Shown here: positions 26,376 through 32,731 of the stretch, in pieces
Layout of the letters: each line of letters begins with the position of its first letter
Position numbering within the stretch: position 1 is the first letter of the stretch
Origin: a virus
Taxonomy: Duplodnaviria; Caudoviricetes
Length of the DNA stretch: 32,731 nucleotides
Direction: 5' to 3' (one strand)
IMG/VR virus record: IMGVR_UViG_3300020044_006693
Location: 1-32,731 of that record
Translations under genes and position numbers: made by a program
Notes under the pieces: model-generated
What the model saw: only the letters and a program-made list of their open reading frames with translations
Told to the model about the DNA's origin: nothing
The model's database searches: none

Positions 26376-26948
26376 TTATTCCCTTTCCAGTTCTTTGCGC
26401 TTCTCAAGATACATCTGTCGCAGCGTTCCAAGTTCAGGCTTAGACAGATGCTCTGCTTTCTGCTTGATCTGAGCAGACACTTCTTCCAGTTCAGAAGGAA
26501 CGGTTGCCATTTGAATAGCAAGTTCCAACGCACCGACGATTGGATTACGATAAGACGAGACCTGATCTTCATCTGGATCATCGCCTGTCTCAAGGCCAAG
26601 CGTCTTAAGCAAGGCATACTTTACAGCATAAGACATAGCTTTGCCTGGACCTTTGTCCTGATCATCTAGTCCATAGCCGAATGTTTCCACATCGAAGAAA
26701 TCATTCTGGTCATCGACATTGACGAACCGAACCGTCATCGCACACTCGGTGCGGTTTCCACTTTGCTGATGCTGCACCTCGATTGGATAGTATACGATGC
26801 CAGCCTCCAACAAGGCGGGGCGTACCTTCGCTGTCACGCTGTCATGCGAGACAATCGAATAGCGCATTCCCTGCTTCTTCTCTTTCTGGATATACGTCAC
26901 ATGCTTCATTGCCAAAGCAAGACGCTGATGAATATTAAGCGCGGTCAT
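26376..26948 (-). CDS. ERF-family single-strand annealing protein
   Basis: GLDDQDKGPGKAMSYAVKYALLKTLGLETGDDPD; GGAGG RBS before ATG 26948. Confidence 0.88.
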   Translation of the reverse strand: MTALNIHQRLALAMKHVTYIQKEKKQGMRYSIVSHDSVTAKVRPALLEAGIVYYPIEVQHQQSGNRTECAMTVRFVNVDDQNDFFDVETFGYGLDDQDKGPGKAMSYAVKYALLKTLGLETGDDPDEDQVSSYRNPIVGALELAIQMATVPSELEEVSAQIKQKAEHLSKPELGTLRQMYLEKRKELERE

Positions 26949-27180
26949 CTGTTCCTCCATAGTCCTCATCCGTTCCGAATCCTGCCGAGGCTAGTGCCTC
27001 GCCATCATTGCTATCGTCGGTATCTGGTCCGACATCCAACTCAAGATCAATGTCGATCTTGTATCCCATTGCCCGTTCCCATAATGCTTTGAGTGCATCA
27101 TCACTTGGGTCATTAATGAAGTCATCGATCTCCATTGCAAGATCGTGAAGCCTCATCATCCAATCATGTCGTGTTGTCAT
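26935..27180 (-). CDS. Small acidic hypothetical protein
   Basis: 81 aa, DGEALASAGFGTDEDYG; coupled overlaps. Confidence 0.7.
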   Translation of the reverse strand: MTTRHDWMMRLHDLAMEIDDFINDPSDDALKALWERAMGYKIDIDLELDVGPDTDDSNDGEALASAGFGTDEDYGGTDDRA

Positions 27181-27506
27181 TTGTAATCCCTGTGCATCCA
27201 GATGATATGATTGCGACCACCTTCGCCGCGCTGCTTGCGCCGACCCGTGTCAACGATGACACCTCGATCAGCAAGTTCTGCTCGACGCGAGCGATAGGTA
27301 GATCCAGTGTGATTGAAATGATCGTTCATCTCATAGTCTGTGAAGCCCATCCGATTGCGTGAAATCGCATACTCCTCCACTTGCTTCTGGACTTCGTTCA
27401 GCTTTGGCATGATCGACTCGGCTGCCTCGAAGCTAGTCTCTGGATCTGTGCTTCGAGCTTTGGCTTCGACACCTTTGAAGAAATGAAACAGGTTATTCTG
27501 TATCAT
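27177..27506 (-). CDS. Putative winged-helix DNA-binding protein
   Basis: ARSTDPETSFEAA..TDYEM..RSRRAELADRGVIVDTG; start after GGAG..AGG. Confidence 0.7.
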   Translation of the reverse strand: MIQNNLFHFFKGVEAKARSTDPETSFEAAESIMPKLNEVQKQVEEYAISRNRMGFTDYEMNDHFNHTGSTYRSRRAELADRGVIVDTGRRKQRGEGGRNHIIWMHRDYK

Positions 27507-27507
27507 C

Positions 27508-28302
27508 CTACTTCTCCTTGCTTGGACGAATGATAACGCGACCACGTTTGTCGCGCTTGGCTGTGATCCCATGGCCATAAGCTTCTGACCAATCGTCTTC
27601 GATCAACTTACGAAGCGCCTCCTTAGAATCATCATAGATCTTTGCGGCTTCTGCATTCTCGATAATCCTGCCCGAGAGTTCAGCCCAAAGATTATTGGAA
27701 CTCATGTCCATGATCTTCATGCCATCGACCTTGATTGTCTCGATTTTCTTGGCCGCTGCTTCTAAGGTTGGCTCGACCGGCGTCAGATCTGGTACTTCCT
27801 TGTTGATGACATGCCACCAGAAAGCCTTCTCCATCTTGATAAGATCTTGAATGTAGTCGTGATCGTGATCGACACGGCAGACTTCAGGCTCATCATTCCC
27901 ACGGATAACTGAGAAATAACAATAGTCGGTATCAGCCACGGCCATGTAGTGCTGAAGCTGCGGCATGTAATAGCGAGCCTTGTCTCTGGCAGTCACGCCA
28001 TTAGACGAGTGCTTCATCTCAAGGAAGGTGTTGCAATCGGGCAGCCAGCGATCAAGGTTTGCGCCCATCCAATCATGGTCCTTGTGCTTACGCATAGATG
28101 TAAGCTCGACAGTCTTGATCTCTGTTGTCTTGGTAAACCAATCAGCGTGGAAGTTCTCGCTCATCAGACCAAGCTGGACCTTGAACACATTGCTTAGATC
28201 TTCCGGCTGCTTGGCCCCGATCTTCTCCTGGTACAGATCAAACCAATCACCCTTCATAATCCGCATGGCATCTGAGCCACCAATAAAACCAATACGATTC
28301 AT
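27508..28302 (-). CDS. YqaJ-like (lambda Exo family) exonuclease
   Basis: IGGSDA, ANLDR, LEMKH, YMPQLQHYMAV; start 28302 with GGGGAG RBS. Confidence 0.9.
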   Translation of the reverse strand: MNRIGFIGGSDAMRIMKGDWFDLYQEKIGAKQPEDLSNVFKVQLGLMSENFHADWFTKTTEIKTVELTSMRKHKDHDWMGANLDRWLPDCNTFLEMKHSSNGVTARDKARYYMPQLQHYMAVADTDYCYFSVIRGNDEPEVCRVDHDHDYIQDLIKMEKAFWWHVINKEVPDLTPVEPTLEAAAKKIETIKVDGMKIMDMSSNNLWAELSGRIIENAEAAKIYDDSKEALRKLIEDDWSEAYGHGITAKRDKRGRVIIRPSKEK

Positions 28303-28466
28303 TTTACTTCTCCCCTTAAAAAGGCTTGGCGAATTTGCCAATTCCAACGCCACCTCTGCCATATCTCCCAGGCAGTATGATCCTTGTATTGAGACGCGAC
28401 CCATATCTGGAACCAGTATTCGGCTCGCTCTTTCTCCCATTGCAACAGGGTTTCATCGATCCCCAT
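28299..28466 (-). CDS. Small Trp-rich hypothetical protein
   Basis: GGAGG RBS, ATG 28466, ATGA coupling to exonuclease. Confidence 0.7.
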   Translation of the reverse strand: MGIDETLLQWEKERAEYWFQIWVASQYKDHTAWEIWQRWRWNWQIRQAFLRGEVK

Positions 28467-28487
28467 TTCAACCTCCGTGATTAAGAA

Positions 28488-28526
28488 ACTATACTGCATT
28501 AGTGCTGCAACTGCAAGTGTGCAGTT
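28488..28526 (-). promoter_or_regulatory. Sigma70-type promoter with overlapping operator for recombination operon
   Basis: TTGCAG (28516-11) - 17 nt - TATAGT (28493-88); ACTGCACACTTGCA overlaps -35. Confidence 0.6.
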
Positions 28527-28530
28527 AGAT

Positions 28531-28893
28531 TTAGAGCCGAGAAACCGCTAGCTCCAAGCGGGATCTCCACGCTTTGAGATGTTCGACCGTAGGCTTGGAC
28601 GCCTCGATGAACTCTGCTGGCAATGGAAGATTAGGGTATCGATGTGTCTTAACAATCTGCCGGCAAGCCTCTTTGAAGGCGATACCGGGTATGTCTTGGA
28701 ACACGGCGACATATAGTTTGAACGCCTGTCTCTCTGGCAATGGCGCTCGAAAGACCTCGGCCACCACCTCAAGTGATGATGTTATTTCCTGTGGCGACGC
28801 TGGCTCGAACGCTTGCCGCACCTGTGCGAGGGCAAGCGTGAGAGACTGCTTCGCCTCCTCATATGTCAATGAGTTTGGGAGTGGCTTCTTCAT
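28531..28893 (-). CDS. Replication partner protein (helicase loader-like)
   Basis: Directly after initiator; YVAVFQDIP..FKEACRQIVKT..PLPAEF pattern; probable start 28893. Confidence 0.55.
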   Translation of the reverse strand: MKKPLPNSLTYEEAKQSLTLALAQVRQAFEPASPQEITSSLEVVAEVFRAPLPERQAFKLYVAVFQDIPGIAFKEACRQIVKTHRYPNLPLPAEFIEASKPTVEHLKAWRSRLELAVSRL

Positions 28894-29566
28894 ATTGACC
28901 AAGCTCACCAAGCAACTCAGCTGCTCGTCTACGATTGGTCTCAACCAAGGCTGCGGGATCACGGCGTGTCGTTCCTCTAGGCCGTACAGCGTGAGTGCGC
29001 CTGATCCAGTTTCTCCAAGTGGCTTGCCAATCTGACTTTGGTTTTCCTGCCCCGATCCAGTAATCGCGGAACTGATCTGTCGCATCGTTGAGATCCACAT
29101 CTGGTCGAGCTGACCTAGCCCACTCGACATTGGCTTCCGTTGGTTTGAAATCAGAAGGAAGCTGATGCGCCCTTCTTAACTGAGCAGAGCGAAGGCTCTC
29201 TCTATTATTAATTGATGGTTCCTTATGGTTAGGGTGACACGGTGACACCCCCCCCTGACACGGTGTCACCCCTGACACGGTGTCACCCCTCTCATCGAAG
29301 GCTCGTATGACATAGAGATTGGTTCGACCGGGCTTCTCCTCGATCCTTACCAGATCCATTTTAACGAGCTCTGACAGGGCTCGCTGGATTGAGCGACCAC
29401 TGAACCCTGTATATCGAGAAAGCCTGTCCACGGACGGCCAAGCCTCACCACGAGGGTTCGCATGATTGGCTAGTCCAACCAGGACAAACTTCAGCAATGG
29501 CCTGGTCGGTCCTTCGACTTCAGGCAACTCTAGATTGAGCGCATAATTGAGTGCTTCGATTGACAC
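28859..29566 (-). CDS. Replication initiator (lambda O-like; N-terminal HTH)
   Basis: LKFVLVGLANHAN..AWPSVDRLSRYTGFSGRSIQRAL; C-terminal FRDYW..KSDWQATWRNW; GTG 29566 with AAGGGAG RBS; internal iterons. Confidence 0.85.
   Translation of the reverse strand: MSIEALNYALNLELPEVEGPTRPLLKFVLVGLANHANPRGEAWPSVDRLSRYTGFSGRSIQRALSELVKMDLVRIEEKPGRTNLYVIRAFDERGDTVSGVTPCQGGVSPCHPNHKEPSINNRESLRSAQLRRAHQLPSDFKPTEANVEWARSARPDVDLNDATDQFRDYWIGAGKPKSDWQATWRNWIRRTHAVRPRGTTRRDPAALVETNRRRAAELLGELGQYEEATPKLIDI
29195..29290. repeat. Iteron array + AT-rich tract: putative replication origin
   Basis: CCCCTGACACGGTGTCA tandem at 29252-68 and 29269-85, degenerate copy from 29232; AT-rich TATTATTAATT next to it. Confidence 0.75.
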
Positions 29567-29618
29567 GATTAACTCCCTTAAGTCGAGCAGCCCCTCCCCC
29601 AAAGGGGGCTGCGAGATC

Positions 29619-30044
29619 TTAAGGGGTTCTATCAACCCACTTATCTATCTCGCGAGAAGGGATCTCGTTGATCTTCAGATTATACTGAGCTTCGACCAGT
29701 TTCTTTTTGATTACATAGACATCGGTAATCATGCCCTTCACATCCTCAACCACGACTGCTTCTGGTCGGCGCAGTTCATTGAGGATCACATATCGAAAGT
29801 CAGCACGATAGGTTGTGATAGGCTGTCCATGATGGACTATCGGATAGCTTGGTTGAAGTTTCAGTTCTTCAATCAAACCCTTTTCTTCCATAGCTTTTAG
29901 TTGAAGATAACGCTTGGCCTCTGCTGCTGAAGCAAACCAATGTCCGTCAATCTTCTGTCCGTTGGCATTGTATTTACCACGGCGAGACTTGTTTAAGTTC
30001 AATAACTTACGAGCTTCGGTGGTAGAGACAGGAAGTTTAGCCAT
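29619..30044 (-). CDS. DUF1064-like PD-(D/E)XK nuclease
   Basis: KYNA..IDGHWFASAAEAKRY..LQPSY..YRADFRY..VVEDVKG. Confidence 0.85.
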   Translation of the reverse strand: MAKLPVSTTEARKLLNLNKSRRGKYNANGQKIDGHWFASAAEAKRYLQLKAMEEKGLIEELKLQPSYPIVHHGQPITTYRADFRYVILNELRRPEAVVVEDVKGMITDVYVIKKKLVEAQYNLKINEIPSREIDKWVDRTP

Positions 30045-30285
30045 CGGAATCCTCGACCACTTTGATCTTTACATTGAGAGCGACACACCAGCACATCAGA
30101 TAAAAACAGGATGGTAACTTCACGCCACTCTCCCATTTGTTAACATAACAATCTGATACACCGATCTTATTGGACAGTTCTTCTTGGCTGAGACCAAGGA
30201 TCTTGCGTCTCAACACGAGGGTCGAGATCAAGTTCTTATAGAACAGTTCCTCAAGCGGAGACGGAATTGTATTCCTTGAGAACAC
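30037..30285 (-). CDS. XRE-family HTH regulator
   Basis: RRKILGLSQEELSNKIGVSDCYVNKWESG; start uncertain (GTG 30285 assumed). Confidence 0.78.
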   Translation of the reverse strand: MFSRNTIPSPLEELFYKNLISTLVLRRKILGLSQEELSNKIGVSDCYVNKWESGVKLPSCFYLMCWCVALNVKIKVVEDSDG

Positions 30286-30475
30286 TGGCTTCTTGATTGG
30301 ATTGCGTGAGAGAGCCAGCAACCTTGAGTGCTGTTCTGTAATGAAGATCTCGCCCATTGAGCACCCGATAATATGTGCTATCTGGGACACCCGCTTGGAG
30401 AAAGGCTTCTTTCAGATCTGCGTTCTTGCTGACGGCAAGTTCTGCTAGCTGAACAAAGTAACTTTTGATTTCCAT
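30251..30475 (-). CDS. Cro-like HTH protein
   Basis: LKEAFLQAGVPDSTYYRVLNG; first gene after promoter at 30506-30533. Confidence 0.65.
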   Translation of the reverse strand: MEIKSYFVQLAELAVSKNADLKEAFLQAGVPDSTYYRVLNGRDLHYRTALKVAGSLTQSNQEASVLKEYNSVSA

Positions 30476-30505
30476 ACGAGTGGCCCCGACTGATTTGACA
30501 GGCCG

Positions 30506-30533
30506 AGAATACTGCACACTTGCAGGTTGTCAA
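30506..30533 (-). promoter_or_regulatory. Sigma70-type promoter with operator in spacer
   Basis: TTGACA (30533-28) - 16 nt - TATTCT (30511-06); ACTGCACACTTGCA at 30511-24. Confidence 0.7.
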
Positions 30534-30766
30534 TCCTCCTCTGTCTTATACATATCGCGCTCGATCTCCAGATCCTCTTCGATCCAAGCCATCACGGTCT
30601 TCACTTCATCCATCAAGACTTTGAAGTTGGTCTCGTTCTTGATCTCATTATTCCTGCGCTTGCAGTCTTCGTAATCCCAGATCACATCCCACAACAGATC
30701 CATCCATTGAACTGGATTGCTACGATTGATCTCTTCGAAGTTATTGATTTCATTTAACTCTTTCAT
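30530..30766 (-). CDS. Small acidic hypothetical protein
   Basis: 78 aa, strong AAGGAGG RBS. Confidence 0.75.
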   Translation of the reverse strand: MKELNEINNFEEINRSNPVQWMDLLWDVIWDYEDCKRRNNEIKNETNFKVLMDEVKTVMAWIEEDLEIERDMYKTEED

Positions 30767-30836
30767 TTTATCCTCCTTCTAGGATGACATGCTTTTCTAT
30801 TCTGACCAGGACAAAAGTGACCCAAGATCTTTGGAC

Positions 30837-30850
30837 GTTTCACGTGAAAC
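30837..30850. promoter_or_regulatory. parS-like palindrome GTTTCACGTGAAAC
   Basis: Perfect 14-bp core of the bacterial chromosomal parS consensus TGTTTCACGTGAAACA, in non-coding DNA. Confidence 0.75.
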
Positions 30851-31220
30851 TTTTCCAGCCACCTTGGGTGACACGCGCTCACCCCACGCTCCTCGCTTAC
30901 GGGTATGCGGCCTGGTCGTTAGCGCGTCTGCTTCAACAGTATCAGTGCTTGTCTGGCAGGGTTTGCCTCAAGTCTACTCCTGCTTGTCTTGCAGGCGGTG
31001 CCAGTCTGGAGCGAAGCGGAAGCCTGGCCCGCTGGTCATGGAGTGATAACCCATATCACATACATGTGTACTGTGAGAACCAACAACGCGATGGCGTCGA
31101 ATGCCTGATCCATTTTCTTCATACTTTCCACTCCATAAGGGGGTACGGGGCGCAGCCCCGGAAAATTTTTTTACGATTTTGCACTGCACAATCTTGTTGC
31201 GCTGCGTCTAGCGGGTGGTG

Positions 31221-31244
31221 AAAGGCGGGGCTATTAACCCCGCC
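31221..31244 (-). terminator. Terminator after 31251..31787 gene
   Basis: On - strand GGCGGGG-TTAATAG-CCCCGCC-TTT, just after the stop codon. Confidence 0.65.
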
Positions 31245-31250
31245 CGATTG

Positions 31251-31787
31251 TCACGCCACGAAATTGCGATTGTCTGCGGTCTCGTGGTCCATGTCCCGGC
31301 CCGTGGTCTGGGCGGGCTGGCCAAGCAAGGCGGCAAGCTCGGCTGCGGCGGTCGAGACCGGGGCCTTCTCGCGTGGCGTGAATGCTGGTTCCTGCCATGC
31401 TTTGCCTGTGATGTCGGTATAAGTGGCGCTTGCCTCTTTCAAGGCGGCGCGAATGATCTCGACTCGTGCCTGTGCTGCCATGATACGCTCGCGCTGGGCG
31501 GTCAGCCGATCCTCAAGATCGGGTGAATGGCGAGTGCTTTGCAAGAGATTGCGACCGATCTCGACCGTCTTCTCATGGTAGGCAGCTGCGCTTTTCAGCT
31601 GATAAAACAGAGCGTTAGTGACAGACTTGAGAACTGCATCTTGGGCGTACCCGAGATCATTCACGGTCACCGGCTGGCCCGTCTCGCGATCGGTCGCGGT
31701 GGTCGGGAGGTTAAAATATGCGCCCAGCACGGTCATGATCTTGGTGAGAGGCTGGTTTGTAATCTGGCTCTTGATGATCTTGGTCAT
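31251..31787 (-). CDS. Hypothetical early protein (coiled coil)
   Basis: AAAGGAA RBS, ATG 31787, own terminator. Confidence 0.75.
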   Translation of the reverse strand: MTKIIKSQITNQPLTKIMTVLGAYFNLPTTATDRETGQPVTVNDLGYAQDAVLKSVTNALFYQLKSAAAYHEKTVEIGRNLLQSTRHSPDLEDRLTAQRERIMAAQARVEIIRAALKEASATYTDITGKAWQEPAFTPREKAPVSTAAAELAALLGQPAQTTGRDMDHETADNRNFVA

Positions 31788-31899
31788 AGTGTAGGTTCCT
31801 TTTTTGAGCGTTGATTGATTCAACAAAGTCAGAATAAAAGTCGGTGTTTGTATAGTCAACTATACAATGCAGCTTTTCTGTTCACGAAAGCGTGATTGA

Positions 31900-32225
31900 A
31901 ATTGGCTCATCGCCCCAATCGGATGGCCAACGAGCGGAGCGAGTGCAATGCTACAGCATTGCGGGAAGACCATGCTTGCGGGCTTGCCCGTCAAGCGTGG
32001 GCTGTTGCGCGGCTGCGTTGACGCCACAGGCGGCAACATAACAGCAGACGCTATGTCGGCGCATAGCCGTCCTTATGTGGTCCGAACAAGCCGAACGCTT
32101 ATCCAGCTTGGCTGAGTGAGGGAGTGACCGAAGGGAACGTATCGAAGCCCGAAGGGTGGAGACCTGAAGGGGCTCCATGCGTAGCACGAGAGCCCGACCG
32201 CCGACGCGAGGTCGGCGGGCACTCC
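31900..32225 (+). other. Highly structured non-coding region (multiple hairpins, GNA triloops)
   Basis: Stems at 31931-43, 31945-62, 31971-99, 32050-67, 32124-38, 32148-56, 32157-77, 32178-86, 32200-16. Confidence 0.6.
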
Positions 32226-32298
32226 CAATAGGTTGGTCACTTGACAGGATTTGGACTGCCCTCTCTATATATACCATGCGGCAGCCAAAGAGAGCCTG

Positions 32299-32685
32299 AT
32301 GAATACCCTAGCTACACGATCTGAAGCACTGCCTATGACAGAGAAGCAAGACGCTTTCTGTGATGAGTATGTAGCGAACGGCGGTAGAGGTACAGCAGCG
32401 GCAAAAGCAGCTGGTTACGCAGAGAAATCAGCGCATGTAGAAGCCAACAGATTGCTGAAGAACCCTCTGATATTGCAAGAGATTTACAAGAGGACTGCCC
32501 TGGCCGTAGGTGCTGCTGCTCCGAGAGCGTTGATGACTATCATAGAGATGAGCACAAACGCTAAGAGTGATTACGTAAAGCTCGAAGCCTCTCGTGATCT
32601 GCTTGACAGAGCGGGATTGAAGGCTCCCGAGAAGGTTGATTACCGGCTTGACGGTGAATTAAAGATCAACATCGATCTGTCCTAA
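32299..32685 (+). CDS. terS: Terminase small subunit
   Basis: MTEKQDAFCDEYV..GTAAAKAAGYAEKSAHVEANRLLKNPLI HTH; C-terminal ASRDLLDRAG. Confidence 0.88.
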   Translation: MNTLATRSEALPMTEKQDAFCDEYVANGGRGTAAAKAAGYAEKSAHVEANRLLKNPLILQEIYKRTALAVGAAAPRALMTIIEMSTNAKSDYVKLEASRDLLDRAGLKAPEKVDYRLDGELKINIDLS

Positions 32686-32731
32686 GGCGACGAGGGGGGG
32701 GTCAAAAAGGGCGGCGATAGCCTATTGCGAG

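Noticed and set aside
30784-31221. Track ORFs 30784..31221, 30789..31046, 30974..31189
   Set aside because: Atypical composition, no recognisable motifs, overlap hairpins and parS; treated as non-coding
31900-32225. tRNA or known ribozyme in the structured region
   Set aside because: No cloverleaf/T-loop or hammerhead core recognised by eye
32241-32277. TTGACA upstream of terS as a sigma70 promoter
   Set aside because: No good -10 at 16-18 nt spacing; left uncalled

Overview
The window looks like almost the whole genome of a ~33 kb tailed podophage, probably infecting an alphaproteobacterium (inferred from gene content). It appears to be cut between terS (right end) and a cluster of small basic proteins followed by terL (left end). 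The + strand (1-22.8 kb) carries a T7/HTVC010P-like virion module: TerL, portal, scaffold, GNAT, major capsid, tail tubular A/B, three internal virion proteins, tail fibre and chaperone. A lysis cassette follows (holin-like, GH19 endolysin, overlapping spanins), then a stand-alone tail-collar protein. The - strand (22.8-31.8 kb) carries the early/replication module: HTH regulators, DUF1064 nuclease, a lambda-O-like initiator with internal iterons, YqaJ/ERF/SSB recombination genes, ArdC, a dATP/dGTP diphosphohydrolase domain and a DnaA C-terminal domain protein. No RNA polymerase, DNA polymerase, integrase, parAB, tRNA or CRISPR was recognised. The most notable observations are: (1) an AT-rich in-frame insert in the largest internal virion protein carrying OspF/SpvC/LanKC-type phosphothreonine-lyase motifs, a candidate injected effector; (2) a host-type parS palindrome with no phage parAB; (3) clusters of GNA-triloop hairpins that suggest ssDNA structure in the non-coding region near terS; (4) a 14-bp operator present three times and a separate candidate late-promoter motif; (5) a hairpin that occludes the initiator RBS. 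All family calls are by-eye motif recognition, and no database searches were run.
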